DNA of 64,000 nt. It comes from Amoebidium appalachense (taxonomy: Eukaryota > Protista > Ichthyosporea). How positions within the stretch are numbered: position 1 is the stretch's first letter; the number at the start of each line of letters is the position of its first letter. The translations under genes and the position numbers were made by a program. A model generated the notes under the pieces. It did no database searches, had not been told where the DNA came from, and was given only the letters and a program-made list of their open reading frames with translations. The DNA lies in the NCBI GenBank assembly GCA_963693365.1, contig CAVNZM010000007.1, forward strand, positions 6,755,962-6,819,961. The letters run 5' to 3'. Positions 38,783 through 59,877 of this stretch are shown in pieces.

Positions 38783-41700
38783 CTATGCCTCGTTTGGCTC
38801 ATTTGGCTTTTTCTCCCCCGATGGGATTTTCTGCCAGGCCAAGCCCAAACCCTTCTCCCCATCGCCCGACTGGGTCTCCTCTGGCCGGTACATGTAGACT
38901 GATATCCCCCTTTTCTTCGAACTCTTCGCGTTTTGAGACGATCCGCCTTCCCCCTCCCCCTCCTCCTCCTCTTCCTCCTCCTCCCTCTCTCCGTTTGTCT
39001 CACCCTTTTCCGAACCATCGTCGGTTTCATGTTCCAACCGCTCTCGCTTTCGCAGTCTTATTCTCAGGTTCGCTCCCACCCTCTCTTTGACCGATAGAAG
39101 CTTATCCACACGATCTCTCTTTGACGCACCCGTCCGCGATCTCCCGGTATCTTCCTCACCCGCACTCGAACTTTCAGCAGCACTATCCACATGCGAATCA
39201 GCCGGTTCGGCGGTTTTTTGGGCGGGGGGGACTTGTCCGGGGGGTGGTTGATACGAACCGGGCCCGGGGAGCCAGGTCGGATATGCCGCCATCGGGTGGG
39301 GCCTTATACCAGGGCCGTAGGTGGAGGAGCCCGGCTGTGTAGGCGGCGGCGGATAAGTACTCCCCGGTGTAGGTACCTGATACGGGCCGGGTGGATAAGG
39401 AGACGGGCGCATATAAGCGCCCTGCAAATATAGTGGCGGTTGGTGGGTGGCCCCTGACGAGAGTGGGTGGGGTGGTTGTCCCTGGGCCGGGGGGGGATAA
39501 TACATAGGGCCGCTGCGGGGCTGTGAATAGTAGTAACCCCTATATGGGGGATAAGTGGGGGCCGGGGCGAGTGCGGATGAGGGTGCATAGGTATAAGGAA
39601 CCCCCGGGGCGCTATACGGATAGGGCACATATCCGACGGGTGGGCCGGGGGGCATGGGCGGCGGCGGCGCGCCTGTGGGTTGGGCTGTTCCGTTGGATTG
39701 TGGCTTTGGTTTCATGGATGGGGGGGTGGGCGGCCTAGGGTGTTCGAGAATGACACCTTCCAAAAATGGATCGACCGCGGGAGGAGGGGGGGAGGGTGGC
39801 CCGGCTGTGAGGGGCTGCACCGAACCCAGAACGGCGGTGTGTGGATCCGATGGAGCACCGCGTTCCGCACCGTCATCCGCCCGGGCTTCCCCCTGATTGG
39901 TCGCTGCGTCACTAGTAGTAGTAGTAGTAGTGGTCGGCGCAGGCAGCGGCGCGGAGTGGAGCGCGTGACCCACATTGCCAGAAGACGGTTTGCGAGCGTG
40001 CGGGAGGTATTGCCACTGAACACGTGTGACCTGAATATTGCTCATAAACGTGAATACTGGTTGCACTTGTCGTAGAATTTCGGCGTCGGTATCATGTTGT
40101 CCCGGCGGCGGGGGCGGGAGAAGGGGGCGGAGGTGGGGGGAGAATATTATTAGTTGCAGAGGCAGAAAACCCGTGTTTTGCGCGGCTGGTCGAGTGAGGG
40201 TTTCCCGAATTTGGAAAACTCTTCGTTCCTGCTGGCGTGTAGTAGAGAAGAGGGTTGATGGAACGAAGAACCTCCGCGTCGGGGTCCGAAGGCGAGAGAC
40301 CCATCTCGGTGATCGAGCGATATAATCGGGCGGCGGGGGTTGGTGTTTGAATCGTCCTATCCTTCTTCCTTCTTCCCTTTTTTTTTTCCACGTTTTCTTC
40401 CTTCGGCTTTTTCGGTTTTGCTTTTTGTTGTCTTTTCTTTGGGTTTTTACCCTCAGGGTCCGCCTCACCGACAGCAGCATCCCCCATTTCCGCATTTTCA
40501 CCTTCTACAACTCCCGACCCTGCCTTTCTCTTCCGATCGGTCGCTTCGACATCTACTCCTTCCTTCCCCTCCACCCTCTCCATCCCTGTCTCTCCCTTCT
40601 TCCCTTCTTCCCCTCCTTCCACCTTCTTCTCCCCCCTTCCATTCTGCGATTTTTCCACTCCATCCACCCCGCTGTGTTTCCCATTCGCTCCCTCCCCAAC
40701 CCCGCCGGCGCAACTACCACCACCACCACCAACACTCGTTTCTTCCGTTTTATTGGCCGGGGGGGTGGGGTTTTGCATAAACACGCTGACATTTGGTCGA
40801 TGAAACATATCGAGGGGAATAGGGGGCGGTGGTGAATCCGGAGGGGAGGATAGTGTTGGGGAGAGCGGCGGTGGGGGCGTACGTGGCTGTTGTGTTTCGT
40901 TCGGCGGGTTCTCGTTTTCATTCTGCTGTGCTGTTGAATTTTCGTTTTTGTTCTGTTCGTTCCCTTTTCGCCATAAACGTATGGGGAGCGCGTCTTCATC
41001 TCCGTCCCCTTCTCCCTCTTTCCCTTCTCCTTCCCTCTCCGTTTCTTTCATTCTTTCTTTCTCCGTTTCCGCCCGCTTTCTCTCTTCCTCTTCCAAACGG
41101 ATTCTTCTTCTTTCTGCGATTTTCTCGGCTCTCTGTCTCCTTCTTTCTTCCTCCTCCTCCTCCTCCCGTTTTCTCCGTTTGTATACGGGTCTCATGAGTT
41201 CCCCCGATTCAAGCGTCTGTTTAACTCTATTTAGAGATTGCTTGAACGATTCCAACGCAACGTTCATATCCACCCCACATCCTTTCCCAATTTCCTCACT
41301 TACACCACTCACGGTGACTCTCACATCATCATTCTCCTGCCCGAAACTCCAATCGTCCACGTGCTCACTGGAAACCGATTGCGCAAAATTTCTGCGATCC
41401 GATTCGGCAACGATGGCGTTGATGGCGTCCGCCAAAACAGTCCAATGCGAGCGAAATACATTACCGATCTCCCGTTTTAGCTCCGGGACCAAAAGTTGCA
41501 CGAGCCGATCCATTGCCGATTGTGGTCGGATCACGCCCAAACCATCCTCCGATAGGGTCGGTGGGGTAATACCGCGATAGTGAAGTCGCCTAGGAAGGGA
41601 TGTGTTGCTGTAGCAGGCGTGGGGGTGACCGATACGGCGATAGCAGCTGTTGCACGATAGTGTCTGTGTGTATGTGTGTGTGTGTTTACATGTGTGTGTA

Positions 41701-41937
41701 CGTGGGTGTGTGTGTGTGTCTGTGTGTGTGTGTGTGTGAGTGAGTGAGTGTGTGTGCGCGCGCGTGTGGTTGTTTGTGTGTGTTCGGGCGGGGCGGGGGG
41801 GGGGGGGGGGGGGGGAGGGGGAGAGGAAGGGAGGTGAGTCTGTGGGTGGCAAGGGATGTTGGCGAAAAGAGAAAGGGGATTGGGAAGGAAGAAAGTGTCG
41901 GCTGAGGGTAAACGGTGGCGGGGGGTTGGTGGTGGTC

Positions 41938-41972
<35 letters not shown>

Positions 41973-43130
41973 GGAGGAGGGGAGGGGGGGAGGGGGGGGG
42001 GGAGAGAGAGAGAGAGGGGGGGGGGGGGAGGGGGGGGGGGGTGCGGTTTGTGACGGTGGTACGGGAGAAAGGGATCGGGGAAGGGATCTGAATTTCAGAG
42101 CAACCGTGCGGTAAGGGCTTTCCAGACACTAGACACGGAAAAAGAAAGAATAGCCGTGACAGGGAGGCAGGGAGGGGAGTGGAGGGGGGGGGGGGGGGGG
42201 GGGGGGGGGAGGCGAAGGAAGAGAGGAACAGAAAGAGATACCAGCAAAATGGGTAACAAAGAAAAGGGAGGCAAGAGCCGGAGGGAGGGGAAGGACGGGG
42301 GGGGGGGGGGGGGGGGGGGGGAGGGGGGCTATGCAGATTCCTTGCTGAGAAAGGACCCGGTGAACTGAAGGTCAGGAGGGATTACGTTTGTGCTATACGG
42401 AAAATGAAGCCGTGCAGGGGGCAGGCCGGGGAGGAGGAGGAGGAGGGGGTGGGGGGGGTGGGGGGGGGGGGGGGAGGAGGGAGAGGGGGCAGGCAGGAGG
42501 GGACAACTTGTATGAGAGTGAGGTCATGCTCAGATTCCAATATGATTGGGTGCAAAGCAGGGGTGTTGGTTGCTTGTTTGCCACCCCCCCACCCCCCCCC
42601 TTCCCCACTCGCCAACATACACACACATAAAACAGAAAAGGAGCCTCCTTCCTTTGCTCTTCCCCCCATTCCCTCTTGGGCCCCCCTCCCCCCCCCCCCC
42701 CCCCCCCCACACACACACTGCCCCCTCTCCCCCCGCAAACTCACCTCACCATTTCCTTTTTTTTTTTTCTTTCAATTTTTTGGTGGACACATGCACAAGC
42801 AATTTCAGCGTGCGCCTATGTATTTGTCACAAGAGGCTGTGCGACTGTGAATGGCAGTGAATGAGGGGTCGTGCAAACTAGAGGGGTAGATAGGGAGAGG
42901 TGGGATGAATGTGTGTGTGTTTGTGTGCATGTGTGTGTGTGTGTGTGTGGGGAGGGGGGGGATTGGGAGCAGGACGGGAAAAAGTTGTTAAGAGAGGAAG
43001 GAAGAGATGGGATGCAAGAGAGGACATAGCGGATACGGGCAGGGAATGTGGGTAGGTTGCCCTCGAATCATGTGTCAAGGGATAGAGGAAATGTGTGTCT
43101 GGTATGCATGTGTGTGCATGTGTGTGCCTG

Positions 43131-43198
<68 letters not shown>

Positions 43199-43498
43199 GT
43201 CTATAAAGGCAAAGTATGTGTGCACGAGAAAGAGAGGGTATATATCAACAATGAGACGATAGGAACAGTGTCGAGAGTAATTATCCAATGAAAACAGGGG
43301 ATAGAAAAACGGGGTTGAGGGTTAGATCAGCGGCTTAAACAAACAAACAAACAAACAAACGGGAAAAAAAAAAAAAAAAAAAAAAGGGACTATGCAGTGT
43401 GTCTGTATGCTGTTTTTTCTTTTTTTTTTTTCTTTCTTTCTTCTTCCGGGGGAGGGGGGGAGGGGGGAGGGGGGAGGGGGGTTGAGAGGGGTCTACAC

Positions 43499-43565
<67 letters not shown>

Positions 43566-44611
43566 CGGGTGTAATTCAGGCTATGCGGACAGGTGGGGCT
43601 AGGTGGGTGGGCGGGTGGGTGGGTGGGGGCTTGGATGGTGACTGGGCAGAGAATAAGGAACGGGCAGGAGCCTCGGGATGGAGTGGGTGAAACAAGGGAC
43701 TTCGGAAGGATGCAACGGTGTGTGTTTGTGTGGGTGTGTATGCGTGCGCGTGAGAGCGCATGTATGTATGTGCGTACGTGTGTGTGTTTGGGGGGTGGGG
43801 GGGACGTGGGGTGAGGGGAGGGGTCCGGGGGGAAGAAGGAAGGTACGTGGTGGTAGCGGGCGGCAGCGGGAGGGGAGCAGAAGCAAGTGTGAAGGGGTGT
43901 AAGGGAAGGAGGGAAAGAAAGGGGAGAGAGGGAGGGGAGAGGGGGGGGGGGGGGAGGGAGAGAAAAGGGAGAAGAGGGAGGGGGGGGGGGGGGGGGGGGG
44001 AGGCGTCTGAGAAATAACGAGGTGGATGAAATGCGTGGGATATAAAGAAGATGGGGTAGGGGATGGCTGGTGTGTGGGGGAGAGGGGGAAGGGAGGGGTC
44101 GAGGGGAGGGGGCGGACAGAGAAGAGCGTATTCGACGATGAAAGGTAGAAGGGATAAGTAGTTCAAATCAGAAAGCAATGTAGAAAGCCACAAGTGTTCA
44201 TATGAGGTCACATCCGTGTGTTTGTGTGTTTCTGGTGTGTATGCGTTTGCGAGCCATGGGGGGAGGGGTGTGTGTGTGTGTGTGTGTGTGTGTGGAAAGG
44301 GGAGGGGGAGGGGGGCACGTGCGTATGCCATACACATGCAAGGGGGGAGAGAGAGAGAGGGGGGGGGGGGGGGGAGGGCGGGAGCGAGGGAGGGAGACGG
44401 ACAGAGAGGGCAGGAAGAAGGATGGGAGAGAGGGCTGAGAGTGAGACAGAGAGGAAGAGAGAGAGGTAGGCGGGGGAGAGGAAGAGAACGAGAGCGAGGG
44501 GGGGGGGGGGGGGGGGGGGGGGAGAGAGAGAAAAGCACAGGGATAGAGGGAGGGAGAAAGAGGGGTGGAGGAGGGGGGGAGAGAGAGAGGGGAGAGGGGG
44601 GGGGGGGGGGG

Positions 44612-44649
<38 letters not shown>

Positions 44650-44824
44650 ACGAGAGAGAGAGCGAGCAAGAGAGGGAGGGAGGGAGAGAAAGGGGGGAGG
44701 GGGGGAGAGAGAGAGGGGAGAGAGAGAGAGAGGGAGGGAGAGAGAGAGAGACAGACAGAGAGAGAGAAATAGAGAGATATAGAGATCGGAGAGAGAGGGG
44801 GGGGGGGGGGAGGGGGGAGGGAGG

Positions 44825-44896
<72 letters not shown>

Positions 44897-44982
44897 TATG
44901 GAGAGAGGGAGAGAGAGGAGAGAGAAGAGAGATAGAGAAAGAGAGAGATACGGAGATAGGAGAGAGAGGGGAGAGGGGAGAG

Positions 44983-45013
<31 letters not shown>

Positions 45014-45112
45014 AAAGAGAGAGAGAGAAAGAGAGAGGGAGAGAAAGAAATAGCGAGCCTCGCGGGGAGAGACAGAGAGAGAGAGACAGAGAGACAGACA
45101 GACAGACAGACA

Positions 45113-45169
<57 letters not shown>

Positions 45170-45286
45170 GGGGAGAGAGAGAGAGAGAGAGAGAAATGAC
45201 AACCTGAAGCTGTCTGTATGCTGCCGAGGAGGATGAGGACCAAACAAATGTGGGGAAGGGTGCTCTCATTCAAAAAATTGGGGTGG

Positions 45287-45330
<44 letters not shown>

Positions 45331-46121
45331 TAATGAGAGAGAGAGAGGGAGGGAGAGAGGCGGAGAGGGAGCGATGGAAGAAAATAGAATCACGAATGGC
45401 CGTAATTTATGATTTCAGAACGCACCAAAGATGCCATTGTGCCAGCGACCTCGCTTGCGGCACAAAAAATAAAAATAGTTCAAATGTGACCGCGAGAAGA
45501 AGCGCGGGGACACATGAAGGTAAACAATCCAGCAACAAAAAGAGCAACCGAAATACATACCTTGCACATCGGACAGAGCCATCTGGTCTCATAGTCGCGC
45601 AGTGCACCGTTACATTTCGAGCAACGAAAATACGTTGCCGTGTGTCCCGTTGTGTGCCCGGTTGCTGGTGTTGCGGGTCTGCTACTACCCCTTGATTGTG
45701 CTCGTGCACCTCTCACCGGACTAGGACCCTCCCAAGAATGCCCTTGAGAGTTAGGCGTTTGTGCACGTACCCTCTGTTGCCAATGTGGAAACGCGGGTGC
45801 TGGGGACGTCTTTGGGACGTTTTGGGTGGATTTTCGTCCTTGCGGGCTTGCCGTTTCGTGTGTGTCATTTCCCGTTTCTGCTTCTTCCCCCTCGCCAACG
45901 GTAAATGTGGGAGGGAGGGAGCTATCGTCACCGAGAGGGATGTGTGTTTCGTCTGTTTCGTTGGGTAGGTCCGGGTCAGAGCTTGCTCCTTGTGAAGACT
46001 CGGGACTGTCTATGCTCCATGTTGGTGCTTCGTTCGAATTCGGTGGTGGTAGGGGTAAAATTTCGTTGCTTTTTCTTGCACGGCGAGTGTTGTTAGCCCC
46101 CGGCTGCAAAGGCTGTGCCAT
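38783..46121 (-). CDS. ZZ-type zinc finger protein with charged and Pro/Tyr-rich low-complexity regions (exons 46121-45561 and 41663-38783; 1-nt frameshift near 40135-40140)
   Basis: Phase-0 splice AAG|GTATGT...cacag|ACA builds FRCSKC...ETRWLCPMCK-TLSCNSCYRRIGHPH, a ZZ finger like that of CBP/p300 (ETRWHC..C...C..CY...H.H). Two overlapping long ORFs join at a G6 homopolymer. Confidence 0.75.
44330..45200. repeat. Large (GA)n/poly-G/(CA)n microsatellite block (representative of dozens in the window)
   Basis: Directly visible; lies in the 3.9-kb intron of the ZZ-finger gene. Confidence 0.95.
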
Positions 46122-47404
46122 TTTTGATGGCGTGGAACTATGAGAAGTGCGAAAACATGACTTGGGTCGTTTGCTGTTTAGTGTGTGGCCCTGTAAAGGG
46201 TGAAAAGCATGACACAAAATATTGCGCAGTAAGGCTCGCACGTAAATTTGTCTACAAAAATGTTCACACGCACACAGAAACCCTGACTCTATGTGCCTAA
46301 AGCAATATGAAACTTGGGCCTTATAAGCGTGAGTATTGATCTATAAGTATAGGTGTATACCGAAGGTCCATAATAAATGAGGTGAAATTTCTGTTTCAAC
46401 AGCCTGAAGGAAAATCAGGTGCACACACGTCAACAAACTGGTGTCACTGTGGCACCTACACCCACCCACTCGAGCACTTGTTTACATACAACCTGTTTGG
46501 TTCGTTTCGGATACTAGTACACCGCCATCTCACATAGGTTAAGTGAATGTATATGAGTTTCCTTTAAGATTAACTATGGGCACACACGTGTTTCTAAAAG
46601 GACCGCCTTCACGTGTCAGAATATGCACATCGCGTACCATGCGCATGGTGTGGCCACAGACCCGGAAAGGTGGCGGTTGAGATCTCCGGACAAAACATCT
46701 CAAGGTCAGACACAGCGACTGCCACGCATGACAAATGCAGAATATGGCATTTAAAATGGGGTTGTTTAAGTTCTTTAAAAATGTTAAAATATTTGTGGTT
46801 TCGATTAACTTTTTACAATCTGAGCTGCATTACCGCTTTTTCAATTTAGCAAGTTTCTCATCTCTGGCACGATTGGTGTATGATCATAAGTTTTTGTTCA
46901 AAATATTAAGCTGAAAATAAAGCCAACTAAAGTTTACACGCAATAAAGAAAGAGATTTTAAGGTTTAAACTCTTTATTCTTCGGCCATAAGATAATGCCG
47001 TGGTATTTACTCACAGTCGTTGATTGGTTCCTCGTCAGGGTTCTCTATTCATCACCCCACGGTCAAGCCGTCAGGGGCCATGCACTGGTGTAATAACTAC
47101 GTAGCTACAAGCCATCGCAAAGTGCAACATAAAGAAATTTATAGGTAAAAAATTCGAGGTATATGTAGAGCTTTGCGTGTTTATTGAATTCTATATACCG
47201 GTGCATGTTTGTAGGCTGCATGGGGTCCCTCACCAGCTCACCCTGGCATATGCATGATTCGCATATTAATGATGATGATCATGCGCGGAAGCAAAATCTG
47301 ATCATGACTGTCTCAGAAAAGGTCGTTCGGAAAAGATTATGCACTGAATTATGCACCTAGATAGATATTAGAAATAGAGCTTTTTATGTATATATAGGTA
47401 AGAA

Positions 47405-47880
47405 AAGGGGCGGGAAAGTTATATTTCGATAAAATCCGCTCATAAAGTCACCTTTGTGCGTTTCGGTTTCGTTATGAGCCCGTGACTAAAAATAGCTAAC
47501 CAATCAAAAGCTCTGTTCTTTGTAGAGGCGCGATCATTCAAACTGACACCAACCGCTCGCAGAGAAACAATTTTCTGTTTTACGTAACGGGGCACTTTTC
47601 AAAGCGATCACTTGAACATGCACACCAATCGTCTTATATTTGACCATGTAATTCACTGATTACTACATACATATACCTTTACTACACACAGACTCTATAT
47701 ACACACATACCTACCCTAAAAATCAGTAGCTACGCTTAACCTATGCAGTCGGTGGGCTTTGAATACAGCAGTGTCCTCGAAAGCCAACATGTTCAGTTAG
47801 GCCCACCCACACACGTTTTTTACTAGAGCATACTTGCCAAACCCTCTACTTAAAGAACCTAACGGTCATAAATTTAAAAT
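47405..47880 (+). promoter_or_regulatory. Cell-cycle-type promoter motifs upstream of the SPC24-like gene
   Basis: GGCGGGAAA (E2F-like, about 47409); CCAAT (about 47500 and 47625); TTTGAA (47758); CCTAACGGTCA (MSA consensus YCYAACGGYYA, 47858-47868) followed by TTTAAA (47873). Confidence 0.5.
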
Positions 47881-47984
47881 TTACACAATATATCAAAGAA
47901 AATAATAGGAAATTCGTCCCACTTTCTCATCCCTTTGCACCACTTCTAAGGCAGCAGGCATTCACTCACAACTGCACAGAGAGA

Positions 47985-54511
<6,527 letters not shown>

Positions 54512-54523
54512 TGTGTGTGTTTG

Positions 54524-54554
<31 letters not shown>

Positions 54555-55722
54555 TTGTGTTTGTGTTTGTGCGTACAAGGGTGAAAAAGGACGGTGAGGG
54601 AGGGAGAGGGGGGGAGCTGAGGGGGGGGAGGGGGTGACAACTTTCTATATATGCTTCTTCTGTTCTTGTGCCTGCAACAGTCGGCCTTTTTCGTTTTTGT
54701 ACGATGAAGATCGATTTCTTTCTCTTCAATTGCCGGGGTTATTTCAGCCTTTTTTTCCCCGTTTGGATGTTAATCTATTTATACTCAGCCCGTTTATGTG
54801 CAAGCGGGTCACCTAGCAAGATATGCAATTTAGAAGGTTCATGATATTCGGCCAATGGACTAATAGAGATTTTTTCCACGAAATTTCAGATATCTAAGCT
54901 ACCAGAATGTGGCCTCTCAGCGGGAGTGCCTTTTAGGGCCACCTGATGTGAAATATGAAAGTAAAAACACTATAATAATAATCTTTCGGTAATACACACA
55001 TATAATCATTGGTAATTCACAGACACGTGTGCGCACACAGCAGCGCTGCGTTTCGACTTCCCCCCCCCCCCCCCCCCCCCCCGGGCCTTGCTCGGCTAAA
55101 AAGAAAGAAACCAAAGGAAAGGAAAAGTTAAGTGATGAATGTATATTGAACAACACAAAGCAAATGTTGAAAAGAAGTGTGTCGAAAAGCATCCCCCTCC
55201 CCCTCCCCCAAAAGCAAGTTACTAAGCAACAACACTTGAAACGCCATAAACTTTGGCAATCAAGACTGAGGAATAATATTCACACACGCATGCCACACAA
55301 TTAGCGGCTGCCATTGTGCTATGTAAATAATTAAAAAGATTATCGACATTGTGCACTTATCTAGATAGACAACTATCTTTAGTGCATAGCAAAGATCCCT
55401 GCAGAGTATTCGGCCGAACATGTACATGTGCAAAAGTATTAGACGGTGATTACGATTGAAATTCGTGCATGTAGCCCTTTCATTACAAATGCCATAAATA
55501 AGTTACTCTAAGTGCGCATTAATATTCGAGCTCGAGTGCAGGTTTTATGAACGTGATGCATGGGCTATATGCAGCAAACGTGTGTGTGCACCCGTGGGCA
55601 CATGTGTGTGAAACGGGGGGAGGGGTGGGGTGGGGTGGGCCGGGGGGGAGAATGCACGTGGTTACATGTACACACATGACACTGCATTTCAATGTGTACG
55701 TGTGTGTCTCATATGTCCCCCG

Positions 55723-55754
<32 letters not shown>

Positions 55755-56211
55755 AGGGGGAGCAATATACATTGGCCATTTCAAGTATCTTTCTGAAAGT
55801 GTCCTTTAGAGTCTTATTATTCAATACGCATATCTTGCAGCACAAAGTTATCCCACGTACACAAGTAAACTTCTTAAAATACCACAATACTATGCGTAGT
55901 CGCTAATTAAGATGCATACACTACTCACATACCCGGCCCCCAGATTCTCTTATCATTCGATATCATTCGATATTCTTCATTTCAATGGGGTCTTCAGTCA
56001 TTCATACCTACACAAACTCATGCGGAAACAAAAACGCTCACAGATGCAGTAACCATGACTGTGAGAATAATGCTGCATATACACGAATTGACGCCAAACT
56101 TAATACTATGCATTGTGGGTTTGCCTCTCAATATGCATATATACGTGGGTACGCGCTCCGCACATGTACATGTGTGCTTGCGTATGTATGTCCCCGTGTG
56201 TGTGTGTGTGC

Positions 56212-56252
<41 letters not shown>

Positions 56253-56574
56253 CACATGTGTTTGTGTGTGTGTGTGTGTGTGTGCGTGTGCGTGTGCGTG
56301 TGCGTGTGTGTGTGTGCGTGCGTGTGCGTGTGCGTGTGCGTGTGTGTGTGTGTGTTTGTGTGCGTTTGTGTACACGTGTGCGCACGGGAGGTGTATTCGA
56401 GCACGATGTGCCATCATGTGTGTGCCAGTATTTGCATCTGTGTACATTGGATCCAAGTGTGTGCACGTGGGATCATGCTCGCGCGTGCAGGTAACACGAT
56501 TGCATGCATGTGCACACACGTGCATGCATGATGCTGGCCACTTGCACATTCACACTTGATGCATGCACGTGACT

Positions 56575-57028
56575 CTACTCGTGCCGTTGTCGCTTGCTGC
56601 TGCCCTCCTCCTGACCATACACACCCTGTCAGTCACCCACCAGATTAGGCTGATCCCCCCCCCCCCCCATCCCTTCCCCCTTAAAGTGTGTGTGCGTGCG
56701 TGCGTGTGTGTGTGTGTGTGTACGTGTGCATGCCGGGGAGGGGGGAGGGGGTGGAGGGGGTGGAAGGATTGGTGGGTGGGAAAATGGGTGTTCAGGATTG
56801 ATCAGAAGAAGCAGGAAGGCCACACCACGAAGTTGTGGTGACTTAATGGAAGACAAAATGAACTGTTTTTGCCTGGAACCCCGCCAGAGGGGGAGGGGGG
56901 GGGGGGGGGGGAGGGGGCAAGGGAGAAGGGAGCAGGGCGGGGGAAGGTGGGGGGGGGGGGGGGGGGGGGGGGTTGGAATGCTTGAACCATTGCAAGACAT
57001 GAACAAAAAAGTCTGACGGAGGGAGGAA

Positions 57029-57059
<31 letters not shown>

Positions 57060-57198
57060 GAATGCGTCATGGAGTACGAAGCACGCGTTCATAACATAAC
57101 ACACAATGCAGAGTGCAAATCACACATAAGTATGCATAATAAGCAGAGCCCATCCTTGGGGGGGTGGAAGATGGGGGAAGGGTGGGGGTTGGGGGGGT

Positions 57199-57237
<39 letters not shown>

Positions 57238-59654
57238 AGGAGGGGGGGCAAGGGAGAAGGTAGCAGGGTGGGGTGGAGGGGACAGGGGTGTTTGGTTGAA
57301 TGCATGAAACATCACAAGACATAAACAAACATGCCAAACGAAGCCCGGGGGGGGGAGGGGACAGGGGGGGACAGAGAGGGGGTCCATGCAACACACCTGA
57401 TGAGACAGCTGTCTTTTGAGTGTCCCTTTGACCCCCCCCGTCTCTTTTTCCTCCTCCCTATCCACCACCACCGTGTTCGGGCCACAGAATTTACACGTGC
57501 ACAGTGCCCCCACCTCACCCATATCATCCGGTAGACTTTCATCATCCCAGTCCCCCCCATTTTCCATTGTGTGTGGTGGGGATGGGGGTGCTTCGGATTC
57601 AATATCCACAACAACCGAAATTCCATCTCCCTCCTCTTCCTCCGGTACCCCTTCTCCCTCTCCCTCCCCCTCCCCCTCTCCCTCTCCCTCCCTTTCTCCC
57701 TCCTGTTCCCCCTTTCCCTCGTTTTCTTCCTCCCCTCCTTCCTCGTTTCCCTCCATCCTTTCATTTTCATATTCACCTCCTACCACATCTCTCTCTCCCT
57801 CCTTCGCTTCATCATCCTTTCCCTCTTTCATTTCATCCTCGTTTTCGTCCACCTCCATTCTCTCCACCCCCATACCATCATCGTTGCCACTTCCCATGCT
57901 GCCATGTGGTGAATCCACCACCATTGAGTCATCTGGTGGGTTTGTGTGTGTGTGTGTGTGTGCCATGTTTTCCGTTTCAGTTTTCTCTCCCTCCGAAGAA
58001 ATTTCCCTCCCACCAATCTCTTCTTTCCCCGCCTCAGTAATAACCTTCCCGCTAGTCTTGTGGGACTCAACCGGTTGTTCTTTGTTGCTTGGGATGGTAG
58101 CCGTGCGTTTGCGGGCATTTTCGTTTTCAGTTTTTTCCCTGTGTCTCTCTCTCTGTGGTGAGTTTTCCTTTCTGTCCTTGCTGTATATCTGTTCTCTTTC
58201 GCTGGTACCCTCTCTATCTCCTCCTTTTTCCCTCCCTCCAACGGCCCTACCTTCCCTCGTTCCTTCCCTTCCCTCTTTCCGTCTCTCTCCCTCCACATCC
58301 CTCCCGCTTGCGCCACCCGTCCTGCCCCTTTCCCTGTGTCTGTCTCTCTCCCTCTCCCTCTCCCTCTCCCTCTCCCTCTCCCTTTCTTTTTCCTTGGTTC
58401 TTTTCCTTTCCGCCTCCGTTTCTTTCCCTCTATCCCTCCCTCTCTCTCTCCCTCTCACCTTCTCTCTCCCTGTGTGCTTGTTGCCTGTCTCCCTCGTGTT
58501 CCTTCCTTCTTTCCCGCTCTCTGTCTTTGCTCTCCGTGTGTCTTTCCTCCCCTTTCCCTCTGTTTTCATCCCGACCACTTTCGCCGCGACCCCTCCCTCT
58601 GTCGCCCCCCTTATCCCTCTCACCACCATCCCTCTTTTCCCGACTATCCGATCTCTCCAAGTGACGGTAGGGGCTGCGTGCCCCCTCCCCCCCTCTCCCT
58701 CTCCCTCTCTCTCTCCCTGTCTCTTTCCTTGCTTGGAGTCAACCTCTCCTTATTATAACCACTCCGATCGCGCTCCCTCTCTTTCCCCTCCTCTAGCGAT
58801 TTATCCACTGACACACGCTCCTTTCGTTCCCTCTCCCTCCGTTCTTCCCTGTTCTCTCTTCCTTCGTTCCTTCCCCCCTCCTCTCTCTTCTCTCCACTCG
58901 TCGCAACCAAACCTCCCCTCCTTTCATCTCTCTCATCCCCTTCCTTTCTCCTTCTCTCCCCATGCCCCCCCTCTATCTCCCTCCCTCCCTCCTTCCATCC
59001 TCCCTCCCTCCTTTCACTCCCATCATCCCTCCCTATTCCCCTCCCGCTGCTGTTTGTATTACTCAACGTCTCCCTCTCGTCAGCACGTAAAAGACTTAGT
59101 GCAACACTGCATGTATCCACCATCTCTCTCTCCGTTTCCTTGTCCGTCGCGTAGAAAACATGACACCCACACATAACAAACAACAGTGCATGGATGTATA
59201 ACTCGGCAAGTCCGGGTGTTCTCTGTGTCGCCGTCCTTTCATTCTCCGATAACATATCCGTAACTATGAGCACGCGCGTGCCCGCGTACGCACCCACCAC
59301 CGCTTCGTCCCCCTCCGACCACAAATCCACGAGCCCGCCCCACGTCGTAATTTTCATCCCCACGCGCCGCTCTTTCAGCCAAGGCAGCCCAAAAACCCCA
59401 TCGTCTCCGCGCTGCGCGAGCTTTTTCATCAAAATAGTTAGGTAGATGGCCAGACGGTGGCTCGGCCATGCCATTACCACGAAAGTATCCGAAACAACGG
59501 CGTCGTGGCACATGTGTGCGTAGTGTTGGTTGGTGTTGTGATCGACGAGGTCCTGAAGGAAAATCATGCTCAGGCCGGGGCCCTCGGATCTTTTTGTCTT
59601 GCGGGAGGTGAACCACTTGGTGATGGTGTTGCCTATGTTGTTGGCTGACTCCAG

Positions 59655-59701
<47 letters not shown>

Positions 59702-59845
59702 GGGGCGGGCGGGGGGGGAGGGGGGGGGAGGGGGGGGGGGAGAGGGAAGGGGGAGGGGGGAAGGGGGGAGGGGGGGGAGGGGGAGTTGGGGGGGTTCGTG
59801 TGTGTGCTTGTGCTTGTGCTTGTGTGTGTATGTGTGTGTGTGGGT

Positions 59846-59877
<32 letters not shown>

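Noticed and set aside
57416-59176. 586-aa Ser/Leu/Pro-rich + strand ORF
   Set aside because: Antisense of the GA-rich coding tail on the minus strand.
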